A stretch of DNA of 63,850 nucleotides, counting the filler, from Squatina squatina (taxonomy: Eukaryota): NCBI GenBank assembly GCA_031763465.1. It is 4 parts of 4 records of this genome, joined end to end, with 100 filler letters (N's around TTAATTAATTAA, not from the genome) between each part and the next. Parts side by side here need not be neighbours in the genome. Positions count along the whole stretch, not along the records: positions 28,656 to 51,654 come from JARFOE010000222.1; positions 51,755 to 63,850 come from JARFOE010000244.1; 2 more parts are not named here. One strand, 5' to 3'. Under the pieces are notes generated by a model. That model searched no databases and had not been told where the DNA came from. It was given only the letters and a program-made list of their open reading frames with translations. Of the stretch, positions 48,367-62,285 are shown one piece after another. A program made the position numbers and the translations under genes. Within the stretch, counting starts at the first letter, position 1. The number at the start of each line of letters is the position of its first letter.

Positions 48367-49551
48367 ATATTTCAGTTTGTCAGTGGTGTCAATTGTTACG
48401 TTGCTGCAGGTTGTTACTGGGCTGTATTGGGAACGCTGTTCTCTTTCCCATCCTAGGCTGTGTTTTTTCACAGTCTGGACTTTGCTTCCCTCAGTTCAGG
48501 CTCTGCTGTCTCTCAATTTGAACTTTCCTCTGTGTAATCTGGCCTCTGTCCCATTGAGCCTTAGCACCATGATGTACTAAAGACTTGTGTTTATGTAAAA
48601 TGTCGAGTTTCCACTGATTTTTAGTCGTGCTTAGTCCTACATCCCTGCTTTTTGTCCTTAACCCTTTTGATTGTTTAGTCAGTTTTCAATCCAATTAACA
48701 AATATCCAATTAATTCCACGAGCCTTATTCTTCTTTTTACGACTCATTTGTGGAGCTATATTAAATGGCTCCTGAAAATCCAAGTAGCTAATATCCACCG
48801 GATTTTCCTCGTCAACCAACTTAATTACCGCCTCAAAGAATTTGATCTGATTTGTCTTTTAGCCTGTGAGTGGTGCTTTATTTTCATTGCAGACACAAGC
48901 GAACGATTTGCCTGATGACCATGGCATATGGTCTGAGCATTGTCACAAGCTGTGAATTTATAGAAGTTCATATTAGCTATTTTATCTGAAATACTTTAGG
49001 AATACATTAACTGACAACTTTATCTTTCTCCAGCAAAACGCAATGCATTTTGCAGGAATGTGCCTGCTTTGTGGAAATGATCCCTGTGACTGTCATTATT
49101 ATTCCAAAAATGTATTGGCTCAATGGACTGGAAAAATTCATGCTACTCTTTCACTGTCAGAACGGCAGCTAAACTGCTCTGAAAAAAAAACTTCTGCTTG
49201 GACCAATAGATATTAGATTGAGAATGATTCTTGGGTTTTGATTTATGGATTTAAAAGAGCAATTTCCAATAGAACACAATCGGCCTAAAAATTTCATTGC
49301 GCCTGAAAGCGTGCACATAGGGGGCAGGATGCATGTCTGATCACATGGCCCCTGGGATCACATGAAATTGGTGCCAGCACCTCATGAAAAGGATTCAGTC
49401 ACGCAGCTAACGCTACCTGCACCCTTCATTGGCCACAAACTGGAAAATTGGNNNNNNNNNNNNNNNNNNNNNNNNNNNNNNNNNNNNNNNNNNNNNNNNN
49501 NNNNNNNNNNNNNNNNNNNNNNNNNNNNNNNNNNNNNNNNNNNNNNNNNNN

Positions 49552-50760
49552 TCGCTCAGAATTTTTTCCAACAATTTTCCCACCACCGAGGTTAGGCTGA
49601 CTGGCCTGTAATTACTTGGTTTACCCTTTCTCTCTTTTTAAACAACAGTGCAACGTTAGCAGTCCTCTGGCACCACACATTTAACCAGAGAGGATTGGAA
49701 AATGATGGTCAGAGCCTCTGCTATTTCCTCCCTTACTTCTCTTAACTGCCGAGGATACATTTCACCCAGGCCTGGATTTATCTATTTTCATGGATGCTAA
49801 ACCCCTCAATATTTCCTCTCTCACTATGTTTATCTCATCTAATATTTCACACTCCTCCTCCTCCTTAATTACAATGTCTGCATCGAACCTCTCTTTTGTG
49901 AAGACAGATGCAAAGTATTCATTAAGAACCATATCGACATCTTCCGCCTCCACACACAGGTTACCTTTCTGGTCTCTGATAGGTCCTATTCTTTCTTTAG
50001 TTATCCTCCTGCTCTTTGTGTATTTATAAAACATCTTTGGGGTTTCCTTGATTTTACTTGCCAATATTTTTTCATACCCTCTCTTTGCTTTCCTAATTTC
50101 CATTTTAATTTCACCCCTGCACTTTCTATACTTCTCTAGGCTTTCTGCAGTATTCAGCTCTCGGTATCTGAAATAAGCTTCCTTTTTCTGCCTTAACCTA
50201 CCCTATAAGCCCCTTGTCATCCAGGGTGCTTTAGATTTAGGAGTGCCATACTTTTTCTTTGTCGGAATATATTTGCTCTGAACCCTCACTATTTCCTCCT
50301 TGAATGCCTCTCACTGCTCTGACACTGATTTACCTTCAAGTCGCTGTTTCCAGTCCACTTTTGCTAAATCACATCTCAGCTTCGTAAAATTGTCCATTCC
50401 CCATTTGAGAATTTTTATTCCTGGTCTATCTTTGTCCTTTTCCATAACTATGCTAAATCTAACTGAATTATGATCACGACCAAAAAAACACTCTCCCACT
50501 GATATCCCACTTGCCCAGCTTCATTCCCTAAAACCAAGCCCAGAGAAGAGAACCTCCCCTTCTCTTGTTGCACTTGCCGCGCACTAGCCAAAAAAGTTCT
50601 CCTGAATGCATTTGAAGAATTCTGCATCTTTGATACCTTTTACAGTCATTCAATCCCAATTAATACTAGGGTACTTGAAATCCCCCAGCATTACTGCCTT
50701 ATTGTTCTTGCACATCTCAGAATTTTGCCTACATACGTGTTCTTCTATCTCCCTCTATAT
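49552..50760 (-). mobile_element. CR1 LINE ORF2 (endonuclease to RT start), decayed
   Basis: EIRKAKRGYEKILASKIKETPKMFYKY..LNEYFASVFTKE, and RDHNSVRFSI. Confidence 0.92.
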
Positions 50761-51451
50761 TGCTTAGATTTTTGAAAGACTGATAGTTTGAATTTAAGAT
50801 GCTACTTTTTAATAAACGAATAACTATCATAGTTGTAGTTTAATGTTTTAATTGAATACTGTAATAAGTAACACTTTCAATTAGTTAGTATCAACAACAG
50901 AATCAACAGATAACAAAAGGAACATTGAAAACCAGTGTATACTTAGATTTCAATCAAAAATAACTGTATGTGCATTTCATTTACAAAGCACTGATAATAA
51001 AACAAAACTTGCATTTGAAGTGCTGATTTATGTTGCAAGGACTCCAACAAATGAATTGCTTTTGTCGAGCCGTGGCTGTTACTANNNNNNNNNNTCAGGT
51101 ATGGAGATGAATTTTTTCACATGCAGATGAAAGGTTAGCTGGCTGTCCATGTTTGCCCAATGACTGACAAACTTATCAAATAACCTATGCAAACTCAGCC
51201 CTGCAGTGTCAATAACTTGCAACTCGGCTTCTGTCTAATCAAATTATACTAGATTCAGGGCCATTGATGGTTGTGGACTGAAAAATTCAAGTTCCATTGA
51301 TATTACATGGGGTTCCAGGATTTTCTGAGGATTGCATTCTGGCCCTTACTAATGAGGGCCACTGGTTTACAGTGATCAAATAGATCAAATTCCTTTGTTA
51401 TTATGTGGGGTTCTGGAATTTTTACCTCTGGTTTGGTAATTGCACTCAAAA

Positions 51452-51654
51452 GGAGGAATCTTCACTTTCACCACTTGGGTGGTAAACTGGTGGAGTACCT
51501 TGCTCACCTGCTATAGAACCACCCCTCCCCCACCACCACCAATTTTTAATTACGTTTAGATCAATAGAAATTAAAATTGGGTGGTTCCTATAATGGGCAG
51601 GTGATATGCTCCTCCCAACTTATAACCCAAGTGGCAATGGTAAAAATTATCCCC
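51452..51654. mobile_element. Hairpin MITE related to the 8192-8374 element
   Basis: CCACTTGGGTGGTAAACTGG..CACCTGCTATAGAACCACCC pairs with GGGTGGTTCCTATAATGGGCAGGTG..TATAACCCAAGTGG; it ends AAAATTATCCCC. Confidence 0.7.
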
Positions 51655-51754
51655 NNNNNNNNNNNNNNNNNNNNNNNNNNNNNNNNNNNNNNNNNNNNTT
51701 AATTAATTAANNNNNNNNNNNNNNNNNNNNNNNNNNNNNNNNNNNNNNNNNNNN
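51655..51754. other. Artificial concatenation linker
   Basis: N44-TTAATTAATTAA-N44, with the 12-mer at 51699-51710. Confidence 0.97.
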
Positions 51755-51912
51755 GATGTGGCCCTTATGGCTAAAGGGATCAGGGGGTACGGTGAGAAAG
51801 CAGGTACGGGGTACTGATCAGCCATGATCATTTTGAATGGCGGTGCAGGCTCGAAGGGCCGAATGGCCTACTCCTGCACCTATTTTTCTATGTTTCTGTG
51901 TTGCTATGTTTC
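51755..51912 (+). mobile_element. Young CR1 3' UTR
   Basis: GAATGGCGGTGCAGGCTCGAAGGGCCGAATGGCCTACTCCTGCACCTATTTTTCTATGTTTC. Confidence 0.9.
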
Positions 51913-51919
51913 CTACACT

Positions 51920-52682
51920 TTGTTTCCTGTCTACCAACCAGTTCTCTCTCCACGTCAATACACAACCCCCAAAACTATGTGGTTTAATTTTGCGCAGTAC
52001 TCACTTGTGTAAGACCTTGTCAAAAGCCTTCTGAAAGTCCAAATACACCACAGCCACTGGTTCTACCTCATTCAGTCTAGTAGTACATCCTCAAATAATT
52101 CCAGAAGATTTGTCAAGCATGACTTCCCTTTCATAAATCTATGCTGACAATGACCGATCCTGTCACTGCTTTCTAAATGGGCTGCTATTACATATTTAGT
52201 AATCGACTACAACATCTTCCCTCTACCAATGTCAGGCCAGCTCCTCTGTTATTCCCTGTTTTCTCTGTCCCTCCTTAAAAAAAAAGTGGGGTTACATTAG
52301 CTAATCTCCAATCCACAGGAACTGATCCAGAATCTATTCAATTTTGGAAAATGATCACCAATGCATCCACTATTTCGCGGCTACTTCCTGGCATGCAGAT
52401 GATCAGGCCTTAGGGATTTATTTGCCTTTAATCCCATCAATTTACAAAACAGCATTTCCATACTGATGAGGATTTCCTTCAGTTCCTCCTTCTCGCTCGA
52501 GCCACCATCCCCTAGCAGTTCCGGGAGTTTATTTGTATCTTCCTTACTGAAGACAGAACCAAAGTAATTGTTCAATTCTTCAGCCATTTCTTTGTTCCCC
52601 ATGATCACTTCACCTGTTTCTGACTGAAAGGGACCTTTACTTGTCTTCACTAATCTTTTTCTCTTCACTTATCTATGGAAGA
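51920..52682 (-). mobile_element. CR1 ORF2 internal fragment
   Basis: KEMAEELNNYFGSVFSKED, and minus-strand VVYLDFQKAFDKV near 52015-52050. Confidence 0.9.
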
Positions 52683-52799
52683 TATGTGACGGATTGCAAA
52701 TGTGATATGCTGTTCAACAAAGGTAAACATTAATAACACTGCTATGTGCAAGCCACTCAGTCCATCTTCAGGAAAACTCATTCATTAACCAGATTACTT

Positions 52800-53520
52800 C
52801 TCAGTTAGAAATGAAAGTTTTAATAAGGAGCAGGCAGCTTGGAATTTTGTAAATAAGATCATGTTTGACGGACATGATTGTGTACTTTGATGAAATAAAA
52901 ATGAAAATTTATGAAGTTAGTAGAGTAGATGTTGTATATCTGGAATCCGAATTATGCATCACTTCAAACACTCAGCTGAATTGTAGAAGCAAATAGTATT
53001 GCAGGGACGGTGGTGAACAGAGTCAAAAATTAATTCAGGGGTAACATGTAGCAGAAGAGATGAAATAACTTTTTTTCAACCATGTGGAAGTAAGCAGTAG
53101 TAACTCAAGTTGTCGTTACTAATAGCAATGATTTCCCTCTTATATATAAATGACCTCGCCTTGTGCATAATAGATAACATATCAAATATTGCCTTTGATG
53201 AGAAATTTGGCAAGGTTGTAAATAGGGAGCATGATAGCAATTGACTTCTGGAGGATATAGTCCCTGTCTGAAATGGGCGGATGTATTCCAGATGCAATTA
53301 ACTGTGGCTAGCTGTGCAGTGAAGATCATTGGGGGAAAATTATTGACAGGCAGTACAATAGAAATGCCACTCTGTTCGGGGCGGTTGCGTGGGCTGGGGT
53401 GGGGGAGGGGTGGAGAGCGTGGAAGAGCAAATAGAGTTTGTGGTCCATACTCACAAATCATTTAAGTTGCTGATGCAAAAATCAACTCGGCTAAGTCTTA
53501 GATCAGAGATAGAGAAACTT
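52800..53520 (+). mobile_element. Highly decayed CR1 RT fragment
   Basis: Remnants RSCLTDMIVYFDE, VDVVYLE, LYINDL and AFDEKFG. Confidence 0.7.
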
Positions 53521-55039
53521 ATCTGCTGGCAGAAAGAACTTCTCGCACAAACAAATAGGAAAAATATTTTTACTAGAATATCCACTGGCTGTGTTAAGAA
53601 CATTGTCCTTTCCCTTACACCTCCAAACCTGTTAATGAAGCTCATTCACAAAGGGTTTTGACACCCACGGCCTCAATCCAATAACCCACTGATTTATAAT
53701 ATTGAATCGTCTGACCGTAGAAAGTACAGCACAGAAGGAGGCCAGTCGCCCCATCAATTGGATCACGTTTGAGTGTGAACAGTGAGTAGATTGGCTGCCA
53801 TGGGATCATAAGCGGTGACACATCATGACTTCTCCTTCCTACTGCGCATGTTCACTTCCCCGCATTGAACAGATGATCAGGAGCAATAACACGAATTTTG
53901 GACAGTGTTTCGTTCAGTGGTCTCGGAGCACTGAGCAGAAAGGTGGTTCTAGTATCTTCCCTTACTGGAGATCATAAAACTCAGCAAGGAGCGGATGTTA
54001 ATCATTGCACCTTACTCTCATGTACTTCTCATCTCTGCACTGCAGGCTCTATCTGAGCTATCAGGCGACCAATATGCTCCACTATTGTCCTGATAAAATG
54101 CTCTATTCTGCAAAGACAGCACAATAACCAATTCAACAGTGACGTATAAAACTGATAATAGGTAATGTATTTCAATTTATCCAACAACAAATTCATAAAA
54201 CACTGATTGTCCACAGAGTGACAGCAATTATTTGTACATTCACAATAATGAAGTGTGGGAGAGAATGCATACAACGGAAACCTGTACCTTCTGCGCAGAA
54301 GCTGTCCAACTTGGACCCAGAAATTTACAGGCTGACAGTAAGCACAGTGCATCAGAAATCGGAATGTTTGTAAATACGTTGAATTAAAATCTATTGTGAA
54401 TGTTTGAGGATTGGCTTTCATTCAAAGATAAGAATAATTAATGATTTGATGACAACGACGTGAAGATCAACGGTAATTGGCTGCTTATCTGGCATTCATT
54501 TACTTAAAATAGGAATTCAAATTACTTAATATACAAATAGATCCTTATTATACCACCAACATCTTCTGGGTTTTTAATAAGGAACACTTTCAGCGACATC
54601 ACACAAAAAGAATGAAATAAATTGCTGGACATTTGCTGACACAATCCAGGTTTGCAAGTGAATGATGGTGCCACAAGAGACAAATCTTTTCTAATTTCAC
54701 CTGGTTTTGTGCGAGATAGGAAGCAAGATGGTTGGCAATTTTTTGGGATTACGTTCAACGAAGCAGTTGCTGGTTTCCACAGGCAAAATGAAGACGATGA
54801 GAGCAGGTGAGGAAATTCGATTGATATTTGGAAAAGATTCTGAATCAGGCCTTGGAGAAGGCGAAGCATCAAATGAGCTTGAACTGAGTGACCAGGGATA
54901 TTGAGGGATGGAGCAGAGGCATCTGAATGGCTGCTTCTTATCTTAGTGCTTCGGTTCAAAGGAGGGATGAGAGATTTTGAGAGGAATGGCAAAATAACTG
55001 AGCTCCATGGAACAGGGGGCCATTTAAGTGCGGGGACTA

Positions 55040-58000
55040 AAAAAGCATTTCGAAGTGGTGGGGGACAGCATAATTCGGAAGGTAGATACTGTTCTTTGCA
55101 GTCAAGTGCCTGAAATCCGAAGGCTCTGTTGCCTGCCTGGTGCCAGGGTTAAGGACATCTCCTCAGGGCTGGATAAGTACTTGGAGTGTTCGGGGAGGGA
55201 TCCAGTTGTCACACTTCAAGGAGCTACCAACGAATTAGGTGGACTTAAAAAGAGATTCTGCTGACTGAATATGAGAATATAGGATTGAAATTAAAAAGCA
55301 GAACCACAAAGCTCATAACCTCTGGATAACTTGCTGAGCCACGAGCAAATTGGCAAAGGGTCAATAAGATGAAGGAGTTAATTGTGTGGCTCAAAGATTG
55401 GTGCAGGAGAACTTGTTCTGATTCATGTGGTAATGGCACCAGTACTGGGGAATGAGGGAGCTGTTCCGCTGGGGCGGACTTCACTTGCACCTTGTCTGGT
55501 TTATCGAATAAATAGAGCTTTAAACTAAATACTGGAGAGGGCGGAGGTTTCAGGAGAGGGGAAATATCGAATCTCAAAGAGAAAGGATATGGCAACAATG
55601 CAACTTTATGGGTAATGATAACCAGCGTCGGACAGGAAGGGATAGAGTGTATGATGAGAGGAAAAGCAAATAGGTTGAAAGTGGGGAAGAATGGTAAAGA
55701 TAGAAAATTAAGGTCTCTTTATCTCAATGCATGAAGCTGTCTTAAAAAAAATAAATGCATTCACTGCACAACTGCGAATATATTGGCGCGATCTGGTAGC
55801 AATTAATGAGATGTGGTTACAAGGTGACCAATTCAGGGAACTAATTATTCAGAGGTATTTGACTTTTTCGCAAGATAGGCAAAAGGGAAAAGCCAGGTGG
55901 GTAGCTCTCTTCTTAAAGGATGAAATTGGTACAGTAGCAAGAAATGATCTTGCCTCAGAGGATCAACATGTAGAATCCATTTGGGTGAAGGTAAGAAATA
56001 ACAAGGGAAAGCTGACACTGATGAGCATAATCTCTAGGACCAATAATAGCAACTTCACTGTGTGAGAGAGCATAAATCAAGAAATAATACTGGCATGTAA
56101 AAAAGATGTTGCACTATTAACGTGTGACGATAACCTTCATATAGACTGGATAAATCACGTTTGCATAAGTAGCCTGGAGGACGAATTCACGAAGTGTATT
56201 CAGGACTGTTTCCGAGAACAATATATGATGGAACCAAACAGGGCACTGGGTATTTTGGATCAGGCAATGTGTTATGAGACAAGTTTAATAAATGATCTCA
56301 GCATAAATGATCCATTTGCTAACAATGATCGTAACATGATAGAATTTAGCGTTCAGTTTGTCAGTGAAATCCTTGGGAGAGAACAACTGTGTTAAACTTC
56401 AATAAGGGCTTTTACAAATGAATGTGGACAGAGTTGGTGTTAAAGAGGACTGGGCAAACAGTTCACCAGGTAAGATAGCAGACAAGTCGAGGCTGATAAT
56501 TAAGAACCTATTTCATGACTCGCAGCAAATGTATAATGTAGAGACAAAGAAAGATTCTAAGAGAGGTATGAACCATTCATGGCTAACCAAGGAAATTGAG
56601 GAACGTATCAAATTGAAAGAAAAGTAATACAATGTGGCAAAGATAAGTGGTGGACCTGAACATTGGGAAAATATCAGAACACAGCAAGGGTGACCAAGAA
56701 AATAATAAAGAGGGATAAAATGGAATTTGAGAGGGAATTAGCAAGGATTATTAAAAAAAAACCTGATATTAAGAGATTCTTTAAGTGCATAAAAAAGGAA
56801 GAAACTTTCCAAGGTGAACTTTGGCCACTGACAGGATGAGTGTAGGATATAAGAATGGGAACAAGGAAATTGCAGAGGGGTTGAACAAATATTTTGCATC
56901 TGTCTTCATGGTAAAAGACAAGAAAATCATCCCAAAAATAATTAAATATAACAAGGGGAAAAACTGGGTCGGTAAACAATACCATCAGTCTCACTAGAGA
57001 ATGAAGTACTGGGCAAAGTATTGGGACTAAAGGATGACACGTCCCCTGGACCTTATGGCCTGCATCCGAGCATCTTCAAAAAAATCCACAGAGATAATCG
57101 ATGCATCGCTTGGAATCTTCCAAAAATCCAGAGATACTGAAAAAACGCCAGATAATTGAAAAACGGGCAATGTAACGCCATTATTCCAAAACAAGGGAGA
57201 TAAAAAGCCCGTAATTTGATAACAATTAGCCTAACATCTGTCATTGGAAAAATGTTAGACCACATTATTAAGGAATATTTAAAAATTGATAAAACGATCA
57301 AGCAGAGTCAGCATACCTATTTGAATGGGAAATCATGTCTGACAAATTGATTAGAGTTCTTGGAGGAAGTAATGAAAAGTGCAGATAAAGGGGAAGCAGT
57401 ATTTGCAATATATTTGGATTTTCAGAACGCCACACAAAAGTTTCCTTCACAAGTTAAGAGCTCATGGTTTGGGGTTGATACATTAGCATGGGTAGAGGAT
57501 TGGCTCACTAACAGAAAACAGAGAATCAGGACAAGGGCTCATTTTCAGGGCTGTAAACTCTAACTATTGGGCTGTCACAGGGATCAGTGCTGGGGCTGCA
57601 ACTGTTTCCAATATATATATATATATATAGATATATAAATATATAAATGACCTGGATGAAGGAAACGCATGTACTGCAGCCAAATTTGCGGATGAAACAA
57701 CATTAGGTGGGAAAGCAAGCTGTGAGGAGGACACAAAGAGTCGACAAAGAGACAATGATAGGATAAGTGAGTGAGGAAATATTTGGCAGATGGAGTATAA
57801 TTGTGGAAGATATGAAGTTATCTAATTTGCAAGGAAGATTGGAAAATCAGAATATTATTTAATTCGACAAAGGCTGCAGAAATATTCAGCACAGAGGGAT
57901 TTGTTGGTCTCCGTACATGAAAAAACAGAAATGTGTTATGCAGGTGCAGAAGGTACATGGGTAGGCTAATGAAATGTTGACTTTTGTTTCAAGCGGCTGG

Positions 58001-58670
58001 AGTAGAAATGTAGGGAAGTTTTGCTACAACTGTACAGGGCACTCGTGAGACCACATCTGAAGTGTTGTCTCTAGTTTTGCTCCCCTTATTCATGGCAAGA
58101 TATACTGGCATTTGAGGCAGTTCAGAGAAGGTTCACTAGGTTGATCCTGGGCATGGAAGAATTTTCTCGTGAGGAAAGACTGTGCTCCTTGGAGCAGAGA
58201 TGATAAGGGGATATTTTCTTCAATGGTACCAGGTATGAGGGAGAGCAGCAAAACTCTTTGGAGTTTAGGAGAATGAGAGGCGATCTCATTGAAACCGACA
58301 AGATGCTGAGGAGCTTGACATGATAAACGTTGAGAGTATGTTTTCCAACAAGAGGTACTCTGGGAGTAGGCGGCATAATCTCTGAATTAGAGGTGGATAA
58401 TTTAAGACAGAAATTAGGAAGAATTTCTTCTCACAGTTAGTTGTGAATCTTTGGAACTATTTTCGCCAGAGTGCTGTGCTAAGGCATTGTATATATTCAA
58501 GGCTGGGATCGAGAGATTTTTGATCAGTGGTCAAATAATCAAAGGTTATGAAAAAAGACAGGCAAGTGGAGTTGAGACCAATATCAGATCAGCCATGATC
58601 AAACTGAAAGGCGGAGCAGACTCGAAGGGACGAATGGCCCACTGACATTTCTACTTCTTACTGTTTTATA
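55040..58670 (+). mobile_element. Near-full-length decayed CR1 LINE (ORF1 SGNH/GDSL esterase; ORF2 APE-RT; 3' UTR)
   Basis: ORF1 VVGDSIIR..CCLPGARVKDIS; APE DLVAINEMWLQ..VESIWV; RT IYLDFQ, QGSVLGL, INDLDE, KFADET; 3' end GAAGGGACGAATGGCC. Many stops and frameshifts. Confidence 0.95.
57611..57646. repeat. (TA)n microsatellite inside the CR1 RT
   Basis: Lies between GGATCAGTGCTGGGGCTGCAACTGTTTCCA and AATGACCTGGATGAA. Confidence 0.9.
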
Positions 58671-59134
58671 CAATTAAGGATCTATTTGAGCCCGGGGGTT
58701 GAAGGGACATTTTCCAGAATGTAACTGGAAAAGGGACTTCCAGTATAAGGAGGGCTGAGAGAATCTGGGTTTTTTACTCCTTGGTGCAGAGATCTTAGGG
58801 TGAGAATTTCCAGAGGGTATTGGGAATTGCAGAGAAGCTGGGGTTTTTCACGCGTACTCTACGTAAAAGGAAGAGAAACATTTAAATTCCGCTCTGTAAA
58901 GTATGTGAAAATATTCCAGGGTGAATTTAGCATTGACAAAATGCTTATTAGTAACGCTGTGCTTTCAACTTCCAAGTGCTTGACCTCTGATAAAGGAGCA
59001 TGTTGCCCCTGACAGTATGAATAGAATGAGAAAAATGAATGAAGCTAAACATACTGCAGGAACATTGTGTCAAGGTTTCAGATTCCTTTTAAGCAACATA
59101 ATCAATTAATTCTTCAAACACCAATACAGGTTGA

Positions 59135-59138
<4 letters not shown>

Positions 59139-59176
<38 letters not shown>

Positions 59177-59190
59177 TTATTTATATAATA
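59139..59190. repeat. (TA)n/(TTTA)n microsatellite
   Basis: Directly visible. Confidence 0.9.
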
Positions 59191-59569
59191 GTAGAGAAGC
59201 AGGCCCCAAGGCCCCTCCTGACTGTGCCGGCTCTTTGAAAGACCAAATCAAATTCGTCCCTCTCATCAAAATTTACCCCATCGATCTGCAAGTGTGGCCT
59301 GTGCAAGCATTTGACAGTTACAATCAGACCTGCATTAAAAGACTGATTCTCAGACATTCAATTATTAATATGAATTCAAATTTCTAAAATTACACGGAGT
59401 GATAAGATTCAACTAAACATCTCCTAAACTCTAAATAAGTTGGGTGTACATACCATCACACCAGGAGAAATAGGACGCTGCAAACCTGCCATTAAATCCG
59501 TAATGCGCTGCAAATATCACTGTGACTTGAAATCAATATATTTTTTTTTTCAGTTGAAATCTCTGAAAG

Positions 59570-61391
59570 TGATTAAATGCCCTTGGGAATACAAGGTTTA
59601 GAGTCCGTTTGCTCGGATGTGAAAGCCACGTGTTTCACATTCCCTATTTATTTTCTCGAAAAGGCAATCAGCTTGTAGCACGTTTGGAAATGGATTATAC
59701 TTGTGATTGTAGTGAGAGAGAAAAGATTTGTAGCAGACTTCAGGAGGACAGTGGCAGATTGGGAAAATGGCAGAAACATGGCACGACAGGTAATACTGAG
59801 ATATGTGAAGTGGTCTATATTGTGAAGAGGGAGGAGGAGAGGCAATTGTCAAGAAACTATAAAGTGTTACAATGCATTAACAATAGAGTGCACATACATT
59901 AGGTCTGTAATTATGAAGGACAAGTGGGTCCATCGTTAAACAATAACTTTAAGACCTGTGCCTTTAAACATAGAGTGATATGGCAGTAAAGTGAAGGATT
60001 TTATGCTGAACTGGTTTGGCCTCAGGATGAGACATGTGTCCAATTCTGGGCACGATCAATTCGGAAGCTTGTCACTCATTGGGACGTGTGCAGAGGAGAT
60101 TTCCCAGATAGGCAACAGGGACGAGGGAATTCAATTATGTAGGGAGAGTAAAGAAGCTGGAAGTGTTCTGCTCATGGCAGAGTCGAAATCTAGAATTAGG
60201 CACTTCAATTACAGAGAGAGACTGCAGAAGGAGTGCTTGTTCTCCTTTGAGCAGTGAAGTTTAAGGGAAGATTTGCTTGACTGGGTGCAGAATGGAACTC
60301 AGTTATGTTAGGAAACTGGAGAACCTGAGTTTTTTCACCTTGATTGCTAGCAAGCACCTGCGCTCAAGGAGGAAAGTTGGGGCTTCCAAAACTGGATGAA
60401 AACTTCAATAGAGCTGAAATCAAAAAGAAACTGGAGGATTCTGTCAAATATCAAGTGCATAATATGGCAGAACAGCCAGTCCAATTTGGAGAGTGCAGGG
60501 AGCAATTGTGACAAAATAAAGATGGGCAAAGAGAGTTTATGAAAACAAATTTACTGGTAAGATAAAAGGGAACACAATTCTTTTGCAGATGTATTGCAAC
60601 TGAAAGGATAGTTTCAGGAATGAACGGGCCGATTACCGGCCAAGCAGGAAATAATCTCCTGATGCAGAAGGCAGGGCTGAAAGAGAGCATTGCTTTTGTC
60701 GACACAAAAGAAGATGAAAAATTAATGTTGCTGTGGAGGCGATGGCAGCAGACCTATTAGATAGGAAAAGCTACATAGATATTTGGTGAAAATTAGCTCG
60801 TCGTCACTCAAAGATAACAATTCACTCCATATGGAATAAATCCTACATTGCTGAGGGAAGCTATGGTGGAGGTAGCCCAATCACTGTTCATTTTCTTAAA
60901 AACTCCTTGGAAATGAGAATGGGGCCAGAGAACTGAAGGCTTTGCAAACGTCACATGTCTGTTCAAAATATTCGTGAGATTTAATCCTGGTAACCACTGG
61001 ATAACCAGTCTACCTTCGGTGTTGGGAAAACAACTGGAACCACTCTCATTGGGAACATTATTTCCCATTTGGAGAAGCAAGTTTTAATAAGTGACAGCAA
61101 GCTTGGAAATATTCAAGTGAAACTGTGTTTTACTGATCTGATTCAGTTCTTTGATGAAATAACAATGAGCTTAGATGAGGTTAGTGCAGTAGATATTATA
61201 TATCAGGTTTGCTAATCAAGTAACATGTAAGATGCTCATTGAACAATTAGAAGAAAATGATCTACAAAGGCACGGTGGTGAATTGTGTTCTTAATTGGCT
61301 AAGAGATAAGATGCAGAGAGTCATGCTGAATTGACGTTTTCTGAACAGGTGGAAATATGCACTGGTATCCCCAGAGGCCGATGTTAAGATC

Positions 61392-61431
<40 letters not shown>

Positions 61432-62285
61432 AAACGTTACTTGGGTATAAGGGACAATATTTTGAATATTGCATTTGATACAAAATTTGCCAACAATACA
61501 AATGGTGAGGAGGATATCAGCAGATCTCAGGATGATATATTCAGAGTGATGAAATGGACAGACATATGCCAGATGTAATTTATTGCAGCGAACTGCAGTG
61601 ATGAACCTTGGTCGAAAAATTTTCAGTATAATCTAACTGGCACTATTTCCAAGTGCGGAAAGAGGAAATGGGTTATTTGTACTTTCTCACAAATCTTTGA
61701 ATATTGCAGTACAAGTTGATCAGGCAATTTTCTATGTATATGTGATAATTGGCTTTGAAAAATGCATTGAATAGAAGAACAAGGAACTGTTGTTAAACAT
61801 TAACAAAGCAATGGTTACAACTCAACCGTAATATGTGCTACTATTCTAAACACAACACTTTATCAACGAGGCATGCAGGGCTTCAATTGGACAACTTGGA
61901 TTGGCATTCCATCCTGCAGAACACCGAATGGGAGACCGAATCAAGCTATTCCCAATGCTATTGTGTTTTCATAAAGCAAGTAGCGATAAACTGTTTCCTC
62001 TTGCAAATGAGTCGGCAGGCAATGGTTACAGATATAATATAACGGAAAATGATGAGAAAGTATTCGACACAAAGGATAGTTAACGCAGCAACTGAAATCG
62101 GGGTGGAATCAGATCCCATATGAACTTTCAAAAGAAAACTGGACGTGTATTTGAAGAGTAATAATTTGCATGGTTACGAGTAAAATGCTCGAGGCTGGGA
62201 TTAAATAGGACTGTTCTTTCATAAAGCTTCCACATAGAGGACGGTCCAAATGGCCTCCGTCCCGGCTGTTTACTTCTCTGATTCG
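59570..62285 (+). mobile_element. Stacked old CR1 ORF2 fragments
   Basis: 3' remnants at about 59690-60290. A second copy runs from about 60330 through CFTDLIQFFDEIT and SGIP.R, to a 3' UTR GGTCCAAATGGCCTCC near 62245. Confidence 0.75.
61397..61432. repeat. (TA)n microsatellite inside a CR1 RT
   Basis: Follows GGTATCCCCAGAGGCCGATGTTAAGATCTTG and precedes AAACGTTACTTG, the same I-Y-I-N-D-L position as the 57611 run. Confidence 0.85.

Noticed and set aside
54029-54992. 130-aa and 156-aa minus-strand ORFs
   Set aside because: No domain recognised, and the exon-like segment near 54017-54107 has stops in all frames.
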